From Flavobacteriia bacterium (GTDB taxonomy: Bacteria; Bacteroidota; Bacteroidia; Flavobacteriales_D; Crocinitomicaceae): a stretch of 64,000 nt of DNA. Position numbers and translations under genes: made by a program. The DNA lies in NCBI GenBank assembly GCA_016183815.1, contig JACPDW010000001.1, forward strand, positions 28,551 through 92,550, given 5' to 3'. Of the stretch, positions 9,169 to 16,765 are shown in pieces. The notes under the pieces are model-generated. The model searched no databases, was not told where the DNA came from, and was given only the letters and a program-made list of their open reading frames with translations. The stretch's first letter is position 1. Every line of letters starts with the position of its first letter.

Positions 9169-10079
9169 GTTTTTCAGTCCAGTTTTTAGGAACAGGAGCT
9201 GCCTTACCAACTATCAGAAGAAACCCTTCAGCGCAGTATATAGAATGTAACAATCGTCATATTTTGATTGATTGTGGAGAGGGAACTCAAACTCAACTCA
9301 GAAAATTTCAAATTAAATTTCAAAAAATTAAAATTATTTTAATTTCGCACCTACACGGTGACCATTATTATGGGCTTATGGGATTATTAAGTACTATGAG
9401 TTTGCTTGGTCGAAATCAAGATATTCATCTTTATGCACCACCAGAGTTAAAAGAAATTATTGATTTACAGTTAAAAGCGAGTGGTCATCATTATGATTTT
9501 CCAATTCATTTTTATCCATTAAAAGAAAAAGAAAAAGTTAAAATTTATGAAGATAAAAAAATTGAGATTTATGCTTTTCCTTTAAATCATCGTGTGGCAA
9601 CTTTTGGATTTGTTATATCTGAAAAAGAAAAAGATTTTAGATTGAAAGGAGAGGTTTTTAAAATGGATCAAGTAAGTTTACAAGCTATTCCATTTTTTAG
9701 AAAAGGTGAAAATTTCTTTGATGAAAACAAAAATCAGTTGATAATTGCAAAAAAATATATTTTACCTCCAACTTCTTCAAAATCTTACGCTTATTGCTCG
9801 GATAATGCTGTTTTAGAGAGTCAGATTCAATATTTAAAAAATGTTGATTGTTTGTATCATGAATCAACTTTTATAGAAAAACATAAAGAAAGAGCTGAAA
9901 AAACAAAACATTCTACAGCAAAACAAGCAGCTTATTTATCAAAACAAAGTAAGGTTAAAAAACTTTATTTAGGACATATCAGTTCCAGATATGAGGGTGT
10001 AGAACCATTTTTGAATGAAGCAAAGGAAATTTTCTCAAATGTTTGTATAGCAGAAGACGGAATGAAAATCACTGTTTAA
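9165..10079 (+). CDS. rnz: Ribonuclease Z (tRNA 3' endonuclease, metallo-beta-lactamase fold)
   Basis: 304 aa. N-terminal FLGTGAALPT, the HLHGDH motif and the C-terminal HIS block are present. An ATGA overlap links it to the STAS gene. Confidence 0.85.
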   Translation: MSFSVQFLGTGAALPTIRRNPSAQYIECNNRHILIDCGEGTQTQLRKFQIKFQKIKIILISHLHGDHYYGLMGLLSTMSLLGRNQDIHLYAPPELKEIIDLQLKASGHHYDFPIHFYPLKEKEKVKIYEDKKIEIYAFPLNHRVATFGFVISEKEKDFRLKGEVFKMDQVSLQAIPFFRKGENFFDENKNQLIIAKKYILPPTSSKSYAYCSDNAVLESQIQYLKNVDCLYHESTFIEKHKERAEKTKHSTAKQAAYLSKQSKVKKLYLGHISSRYEGVEPFLNEAKEIFSNVCIAEDGMKITV

Positions 10080-10166
10080 AAGTAAAATAAAAGCTTATTA
10101 AACAGAAATCATTTTAGTTTTTTTTCATAAAAAATTATAAAATTTTATAGTTCAAAGATTTTTTTA

Positions 10167-10174
10167 TAATTTTG
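10167..10174 (+). promoter_or_regulatory. Candidate -7 promoter box (TAATTTTG) for the Crp/Fnr gene
   Basis: Matches TAnnTTTG 23 nt upstream of ATG 10197. A perfect 14-nt palindrome, TATAAAATTTTATA, sits at 10136-10149 just upstream. Confidence 0.35.
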
Positions 10175-10196
10175 GGATATAAATCTAAAACAAGTT

Positions 10197-10883
10197 ATGA
10201 AAGAACATCACAAGCATGTCACTTGTGAGAATTGTATGTCTTTTAAGGAATCGATGTTTTCATCTTTTCAAAATGGGCAGATTTCTGAATTAAACCATCA
10301 TAAATCATGTTCTTTTTATAAAAAAGGTCAAGCAATTTTTGCACAAGGAAATTATCCAAGAGGTGTGTTTTGTTTAAATGAAGGAAAGGTAAAAATCTTT
10401 TCAATTGGTGAGGAAGGTAAAGAACAAATCATTCAAATAGCAAGTAGTGGAGATTTAATAGGTTTTAGAACAATGTTTAGTGGTGAACCCTATAAAGTTT
10501 CTGCAGTAACTCTTGAAGATAGCAATATTTGTTTTATTGCAAAAGAAGATTTTCTAAATTTAATGGATGTCAACCAAAATTTGAGAAACAATATTTTAAA
10601 AGAGCTTTCTTTAGAGTTGGGTGAAAGGGCAAAAATGATAACAAATATGGCTCAAAAATCTGTAAAAGATCGTTTAGCGTTTACTTTACTTATATTAGAC
10701 AAAGTTTATAAACAAGAACAAATCAATTTATCAAGAGAAGATTTAGCAAATTTTGTGGGTACAGCGACAGAAACATTAATTCGTTTGCTGAAAGAGTTCA
10801 AAGACAAACAAGTTATAAAAATTCATACTAGGAAAATAGAAATATTGGATAAAAAGAAATTGTTAGCTCTAGCAGGGATTTAA
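10197..10883 (+). CDS. Crp/Fnr-family transcriptional regulator, FNR-like (N-terminal CxxC)
   Basis: 228 aa. cNMP-binding beta-roll (GVFCLNEGKVKIF...GDLIGF) and C-terminal HTH REDLANFVGTATETLIRLLKEF. Cysteines lie at residues 10, 13, 38, 59 and 112. Confidence 0.85.
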   Translation: MKEHHKHVTCENCMSFKESMFSSFQNGQISELNHHKSCSFYKKGQAIFAQGNYPRGVFCLNEGKVKIFSIGEEGKEQIIQIASSGDLIGFRTMFSGEPYKVSAVTLEDSNICFIAKEDFLNLMDVNQNLRNNILKELSLELGERAKMITNMAQKSVKDRLAFTLLILDKVYKQEQINLSREDLANFVGTATETLIRLLKEFKDKQVIKIHTRKIEILDKKKLLALAGI

Positions 10884-10920
10884 ACTTTTTTTAAAATCGT
10901 TCTTAGTTTTTCAGCAGACA

Positions 10921-11703
10921 CTACTTAACTTTGTTTAATGGATGTATAAGACCAGACCATTCAACCAAATGTAGTTTAACAGTACCAACAGGGATTTTTG
11001 CTCGTACTAAAATTGGAATTCGATTATTATCGTCTGTAATCCAGAAATTTAAATCATTTTCAGATTTAAAATACCTACCTTTTTGCACAACGGGAATAAA
11101 TTTTTTACAGGCAAACTTTCCTTTTCTAATATGAATAATTTCATCGCCCACATATTTGATTTTTAAAGGCCATATCTCGTTATCCATGAAGCATTTAAAT
11201 TCAATAATATCACCTTTTTTTAGCTGATTAAATTGAATTGTTCTTGCATAATAAAATGAAGAAACCATGTCTTGAATTCCCATTGGGATAGAAAAATCTC
11301 TGCCTTCACCATTATTTACTTTATTATTTTCATGATTAAAAGTGTAATCTTGATTGATTTTGTAACCACCTTCATCAACTCTTCGAATAAACATCCAGGG
11401 AAAAATTCCTTTTTTATCGACATAACTTTCATAAACATCATGAACTTTAAAAAATGCATTAAATCCTCCAAGAGTCCTTCCAGTACCAACCAAATGGTAT
11501 AAATCTCTACCATTCATTTTTTTATTGGTGGCTTTCACTTCCATCACAGCTTCACCAGCGTCCATAAAACCATAGGTTACTCGATATCTTAATTTTTCTC
11601 CAACTTGAAAAGAATCATTTTTTATTGAAGGTAAAGTAACAGTATCTGCACTTGTCAAAAGAAGAAGTGTAAGAACAGTAATTAATGAAATTAAAGTTTT
11701 CAT
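10921..11703 (-). CDS. DUF3108-domain protein (secreted)
   Basis: Signal peptide MKTLISLITVLTLLLLTSA when started at ATG 11703. The GEKLRYRVTYGFMDAGEAVMEV block is the typical DUF3108 N-terminal signature. The track start at 11757 adds 18 residues that do not look like a signal peptide. Confidence 0.65.
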   Translation of the reverse strand: MKTLISLITVLTLLLLTSADTVTLPSIKNDSFQVGEKLRYRVTYGFMDAGEAVMEVKATNKKMNGRDLYHLVGTGRTLGGFNAFFKVHDVYESYVDKKGIFPWMFIRRVDEGGYKINQDYTFNHENNKVNNGEGRDFSIPMGIQDMVSSFYYARTIQFNQLKKGDIIEFKCFMDNEIWPLKIKYVGDEIIHIRKGKFACKKFIPVVQKGRYFKSENDLNFWITDDNNRIPILVRAKIPVGTVKLHLVEWSGLIHPLNKVK

Positions 11704-11746
11704 GTTTTTTTTTGAAGTAAAATACAAATTATATGCCATATTTGAA

Positions 11747-13042
11747 CTAAACTTCACTTTTGAAGGGGTTTTCTTTTAATGAAAAAAGTTTTTGACCATA
11801 GAAAAACATTCTAAAAAATAATAATAAATGTAAAATGGCTAAAAAATGGTGAAAATAAAATGAATTTAGATGTTTTCTCAAAATTAAATAAACAAAAACA
11901 CCATAAATTGTAGCTAGAACAAAAGCTAATATTTTTTCTATATTTATTAAATTCTCTTTTTTAATATTTTGAAGTGAAAAAATAAAAATTAAATATAATG
12001 GATAAAAATGATAGATGTACCTTTCATGAGTTCCCGTTAATACAACATTAAAAAGTAAGTTGAAAAAAAGAATAAAAAAGATAATTTGAACATAATTTAT
12101 TTTTTTAAATTTCTTCAAAAAGAGAAAACATTTTGTAATTAACCACAAACTAAAAAGAGAAAACAACGATATTCCAATGGTTTTTGGAGATAAAAAAAAT
12201 ATCCAATTTTTAGAAGAATCATCAAATTGATGGTTTGAAAATAGAGTCCATAAATTAAAACCATTGTCTGCAATAATATTGATATGATCACTCCCTTCCA
12301 AAAATATTTTCTCTAAATGACTAAAAAAATATTTTTCTGGAATGTAAAGAAAAAATTCAAAAAATATAAAAGGTATAAATAAACCGCAAATAAAAATTGC
12401 AAAATATTTCCATTTTTTTAATTTTAAAAAATTAGTATGAAAATAGATTAATAGAACAGAAAAAATAAAAAATGGAAATACTGAAAAAATTAATAACTGT
12501 TTAATATACAAAGCACAGCATAGTAAAATTCCAATCATTAAAAGGTAAATATATCTGTTTCTTTCAGATATCTTTTTTGTCAATAGAATGATTAAAAGTA
12601 AAATTAGATAAATAAAAGTTTGTCCAATATTGTCAATTTGACCCCATACTCCTCCAATTATCCAAGTAGAAATAGAGATTGATATAAAAAAAGTGTATAT
12701 TTTGGCATTTTGAACTTCACTTTTTTTGAAAATTTGGTAAACTAATAGTACATTTAAAGCATCAATTAGACTTAAAAAATACAAAAATGGTTCAATTTGA
12801 AATGAAAACAAACGAATTATACCACTTGAAAACAATAAGCCTAGAATTGGATAATTGCAATAACAATCAGTGAGATAAACATTTCTTATAGGGCTTAAAA
12901 AATGTGACCATTCTAAAAAAGTTGATACATCATATTGATGATACTTATCCAAAAAAATAAAACGAATTATTATGGATACAAAAAATGAAAATATAAAAAC
13001 GACATTGTCATATTTTCGTATTATTCGAAAAAAACTATTCAT
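11747..13042 (-). CDS. Polytopic membrane protein, probable GT-C-fold glycosyltransferase (DUF2029-like)
   Basis: 431 aa with at least 10 predicted TM helices. The first loop is FLDKYHQYDVSTFLEW, with NYPILGLL resembling the acidic-loop and YPPL motifs of GT-C enzymes. Overlaps the flippase stop by 8 nt. Confidence 0.45.
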   Translation of the reverse strand: MNSFFRIIRKYDNVVFIFSFFVSIIIRFIFLDKYHQYDVSTFLEWSHFLSPIRNVYLTDCYCNYPILGLLFSSGIIRLFSFQIEPFLYFLSLIDALNVLLVYQIFKKSEVQNAKIYTFFISISISTWIIGGVWGQIDNIGQTFIYLILLLIILLTKKISERNRYIYLLMIGILLCCALYIKQLLIFSVFPFFIFSVLLIYFHTNFLKLKKWKYFAIFICGLFIPFIFFEFFLYIPEKYFFSHLEKIFLEGSDHINIIADNGFNLWTLFSNHQFDDSSKNWIFFLSPKTIGISLFSLFSLWLITKCFLFLKKFKKINYVQIIFFILFFNLLFNVVLTGTHERYIYHFYPLYLIFIFSLQNIKKENLINIEKILAFVLATIYGVFVYLILRKHLNSFYFHHFLAILHLLLFFRMFFYGQKLFSLKENPFKSEV

Positions 13043-14288
13043 GTTTATCTAAAGATTTAAAAATATTGTTATAACTTTTAAAAAATATTGTCCAATGCAC
13101 TGAATTTTTAAAAGAAAATTGACGAATTAAAAAAATTAGCATAAAAAAATATGAAATAGAAATGCAAATACAAGCATATACAATTCCATAGTTTGGTACA
13201 AAAATTAAGCTAAAAATAATTGTTGTTATCGCTCCTAAACCAGTAGCTTTTATATTAATTAAATTTTGATTCTTTGCTGTAAAAAAATGATTTATTTGTG
13301 AAAAAAAAGACAACATTATTACAGCAGGAATATAACTTATAAAATAAATAGATAGATTTTGAAATTCTTTACCAAAAAATAAACTAAATAAAGAATCTGG
13401 TACACAGAGTAGAATTAGACACAAAAGGGTACTATAAAAAACACTAATATTCGTGAAATATACTGTTAAATCTATTTTTCTTTTTGAATCAATTTCATTT
13501 AACAATTTAGAATATAACACGGTAGAAGTGCTTTTTGTTATTATCCAAACATTTTCAGCTATAGAAATAGCAACAGATATTATACCTAATGCATGCAAAC
13601 CGTAAAAATATTCTATAATATAATAGGTAAATCGATAATTTATTAATTGTAAAAAGTTATTGCTTTGGATTTGAATTCCAAATTTTAATATTGTTTTATA
13701 TTTTAAAAGTGATTCTTGTTGTTCTCCATTTTTTAAAAATGGAAGTATTAAAAAGAATGAAAAGAAAAACAATACTAAATACGAAAAAAAATAAATCTTA
13801 AAAACAAATTGTACATTGTATTTAACATCAAAAAATAAGTAAAAAATAATTAAAGCCAATAAAACAATAAATGATTTCAAAATCTCAACCCAATTCATTT
13901 GTCTAATTTGTTCTTTTCCAAGAAGAATGTTTTGGTTATTTGAGATTAATCCTAACAAAAAGGAGATAGCTGAGATATATAAAATATGGGAAGGTGAAAT
14001 TAGTTTATTTACAAGTAATAAAATAGAAATAACAATTGTAGTTATAACACACCAAAAAAAAGAATAAATCCAAATTCTTTTTAAATTTCCTTTATTGATG
14101 AAGTAGGTTATGGCTGAACCTGATCCGATGTTTTGAAAAATTACAACGATACCTATATTTAGAAAAAATAAACTTAATTCACCTCTGCCTTCTGCACCTA
14201 AAATCCTCGCAGTAAATAAAATAATCCCAAAATTTGTTATTGCAGAAAATCCTCTAGAAAATAAAGTCTCAATGAAATTACGAAACAT
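13035..14288 (-). CDS. Oligosaccharide/polysaccharide flippase (Wzx-like, MOP superfamily)
   Basis: 417 aa with about 12 TM helices. The N-terminal FSRGFSAITNFGIILFTARILGAEGRGE matches the usual Wzx N-terminus. Overlaps the GT4 gene stop by 11 nt. Confidence 0.6.
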   Translation of the reverse strand: MFRNFIETLFSRGFSAITNFGIILFTARILGAEGRGELSLFFLNIGIVVIFQNIGSGSAITYFINKGNLKRIWIYSFFWCVITTIVISILLLVNKLISPSHILYISAISFLLGLISNNQNILLGKEQIRQMNWVEILKSFIVLLALIIFYLFFDVKYNVQFVFKIYFFSYLVLFFFSFFLILPFLKNGEQQESLLKYKTILKFGIQIQSNNFLQLINYRFTYYIIEYFYGLHALGIISVAISIAENVWIITKSTSTVLYSKLLNEIDSKRKIDLTVYFTNISVFYSTLLCLILLCVPDSLFSLFFGKEFQNLSIYFISYIPAVIMLSFFSQINHFFTAKNQNLINIKATGLGAITTIIFSLIFVPNYGIVYACICISISYFFMLIFLIRQFSFKNSVHWTIFFKSYNNIFKSLDKHE

Positions 14289-15438
14289 TTAGAATGTTTT
14301 TATAACGTGAATAAAAAGCGTTTCCAATTGAGGGATAACTAAAATGTTTTAAAGCAAAATTCCTTATTTCTGAAGAATTAAAATCAATTTCTCCATTGTA
14401 TAAATTTACAACCGTTTTTTCAAGTGCCTTTTCGTCTTTTGCTTGAATTAATATTCCATTTTCTGAATTAACATATTCTGGAATGCCATTCACATTTGTC
14501 GAAATTACTGGAAGTCCACATGAAAAAGCTTCTGGGATTACACAAGGAAAATTTTCATAATTACTAAATAAAATTAATGCATCGTTTTTAACTAATTCCA
14601 TTGCAATTTCATTTATTGATGATTTACCGATAAACGTAAAATTTTCTTTTTCATTTTTTTTAGTTAACTCTTTGAGGTAATCAAGTTTTCCATCACTTAA
14701 AATAGTCAAATGAATGTCTGGGAAAGTTTTAGAAATCTTTAAAAAAACTTTTATAATACCTGATACATTTTTTTGCTCTTCATTTGCTGTAGAAATGTGA
14801 ATAAATCTTTTAAAATGTGTATTGTTTTGAGTTTTAAGCTGAAAAATGTCCGTGTTAACTACATTTGGAATACAAAAAAAATTATTTTTAATTCCTATTT
14901 TACATAAGTTTATTTTTAAATCAGTGCTTACAGGGAATATTTCATTAGCATTATTAAAAATTTTAAGAATTAAAAATTTTTTAAAAAATGAAAAATTTAA
15001 AGGATGTTTTGAATATTCTGTAGAGTGTTCAGTAATCACAAATGGAATCCCATATTTTTTTTTAATATAAAATGCTAAAATTCCTAAAGGATATGCAACG
15101 TTGACATGAACTAAATCAAATTGTTTAAATGGAAATTTTTGATTAAAAATTCTAACCACTTTAATGAATCGTATTAGATGAATCAGGTGTTTAAATATGC
15201 CTTTATTTTTTGGAAAATAAGCAGTGTAAGATGGATATAACTTGCCAGAGTTTTCGTTAATTGAAATTTTTTTTAAATTTATGTGAGAAAATACTGAAAA
15301 AGAAATTATTTCAACAAATGGCATTAAAGTTTCGATATGTTTTTCACAAAAATTTCCTAATGTTTCATTGTAGATATTTGGATACCAACTATTTAAAAAT
15401 AAAACTTTTAACTTTTTTGATTTGGATTTTTCCGACAT
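14278..15438 (-). CDS. Glycosyltransferase family 4 (GT-B, retaining)
   Basis: 386 aa. The C-terminal EAFSCGLPVISTNVNGIPEYV (E-x7-E region) is typical of GT4 enzymes. Confidence 0.8.
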   Translation of the reverse strand: MSEKSKSKKLKVLFLNSWYPNIYNETLGNFCEKHIETLMPFVEIISFSVFSHINLKKISINENSGKLYPSYTAYFPKNKGIFKHLIHLIRFIKVVRIFNQKFPFKQFDLVHVNVAYPLGILAFYIKKKYGIPFVITEHSTEYSKHPLNFSFFKKFLILKIFNNANEIFPVSTDLKINLCKIGIKNNFFCIPNVVNTDIFQLKTQNNTHFKRFIHISTANEEQKNVSGIIKVFLKISKTFPDIHLTILSDGKLDYLKELTKKNEKENFTFIGKSSINEIAMELVKNDALILFSNYENFPCVIPEAFSCGLPVISTNVNGIPEYVNSENGILIQAKDEKALEKTVVNLYNGEIDFNSSEIRNFALKHFSYPSIGNAFYSRYKNILNVS

Positions 15439-15496
15439 GCTTTAAGTAAACGGAACAAACTTAAATAATATTTTGCTTTATAAGGAAATAAAAAAA

Positions 15497-16750
15497 TTAG
15501 GTTTTTCTTTTTTTCTTTTTAGCTGCTGGAAATAAAATATTATTCAGTATTAATCTATATCCAGGTGAATTGGGGTGTAAGTTTAAATCGGTAGGGGGAT
15601 CTTCTACTTTGTGTTGAAAATCTTCTGGGTCATGTCCACCAAAAAAAGTCCATGTTCCTTGACCAAATTCACCATGAATATATTTTGCTGTACCTAATGA
15701 TTGATTTTCACCTAAAATTAGTACGTTTGATTTAATGAGGTCTTTTTTAAAATCAGTTGTTTGACCTAAAAAACCTGGAATTATATCGGTATGACATTGT
15801 GTTAACATAGTTGGAACTACATCCCATTTTGCTGAAAATTCAAATAAACTAAACTTATCCAAATGCTCAGGTAATTTGTGAAAATTAGTTCCATCAATAT
15901 CAGAAAACTCATATTGATAAGGGTCTTTAACCAGTTTGAAATTTTCAAATGCTAAGGTGTTTTTGTAATCTAAAAGTTCTTGACAGTTTGGATTCATTGG
16001 GTCACCGTCAAACATCGCTTCACAAATATCTGTTTGATGAGCAGCCAATGCTATATCGAAACTGTCTGTTCCACTACACATGGTGAATAAAAATCCACCA
16101 CCGATTACAAAGTTTTTGATATTGTTTGCCACGGCTAGTTTTAAATGAGATACTTTGTTGAATCCTAAAGATTTTGCATCTTGTTCCAATTCAGCGACTT
16201 GTTTTTTATACCACGATGCATTTTTGTAGGAGGCATAAAATTTACCATATTGACCTGTAAAATCTTCATGATGTAGATGTAACCAATCGTATTTTGGCAA
16301 CACCCCCATAATTATTGCTGAATCATAAATTTTATCATATGGTATTTCAGCATATTCCATAACTAATGTTACGGCATCGTCCCAAGGTAAAGAGCTTTTA
16401 GGAGTATAAACTGCTATTTTTGGAGCTTTTTCTAATTGAACAATTTCTTGATTTACTTCAGGATTACCTATTTCATTTCTTATGTTATTAGCTTGTCCGT
16501 CTGTAATAATTTCATATTTTATTCCTTTTAAAAGCAACTCTTCTTCTATACTTTTAAGATTTGGCATAAGAAAAGATCCTCCTCTGTAATTTAATAACCA
16601 TTCAATAACTACCTCTTTTTCCAACACCCAATAAGCTACCCCATATGCTTTTAAATGGTTGCTTTGTTTTTCGTCCATTGGAATTAAAATCTGAGTTGCA
16701 TTTATCAGAATAGGAATACAAAACAAAAACAAAAAAAATATTTTTTTCAT
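15497..16750 (-). CDS. Conserved secreted protein of unknown function
   Basis: 417 aa. Signal peptide MKKIFFLFLFCIPILINA and a polybasic C-terminus AAKKKKRKT. I recognise no catalytic motif. From memory, homologues of this type are sometimes labelled asparagine synthetase B, which the sequence does not support. Confidence 0.5.
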   Translation of the reverse strand: MKKIFFLFLFCIPILINATQILIPMDEKQSNHLKAYGVAYWVLEKEVVIEWLLNYRGGSFLMPNLKSIEEELLLKGIKYEIITDGQANNIRNEIGNPEVNQEIVQLEKAPKIAVYTPKSSLPWDDAVTLVMEYAEIPYDKIYDSAIIMGVLPKYDWLHLHHEDFTGQYGKFYASYKNASWYKKQVAELEQDAKSLGFNKVSHLKLAVANNIKNFVIGGGFLFTMCSGTDSFDIALAAHQTDICEAMFDGDPMNPNCQELLDYKNTLAFENFKLVKDPYQYEFSDIDGTNFHKLPEHLDKFSLFEFSAKWDVVPTMLTQCHTDIIPGFLGQTTDFKKDLIKSNVLILGENQSLGTAKYIHGEFGQGTWTFFGGHDPEDFQHKVEDPPTDLNLHPNSPGYRLILNNILFPAAKKKKRKT

Positions 16751-16765
16751 ATTAATTTTTTGTCT

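Noticed and set aside
15441-15465. A 7-bp inverted repeat (TTTAAGT...ACTTAAA) downstream of the 417-aa secreted-protein gene as a terminator.
   Set aside because: The stem is AT-only with an 11-nt loop and no following T-run on the minus strand. It is too weak to call.
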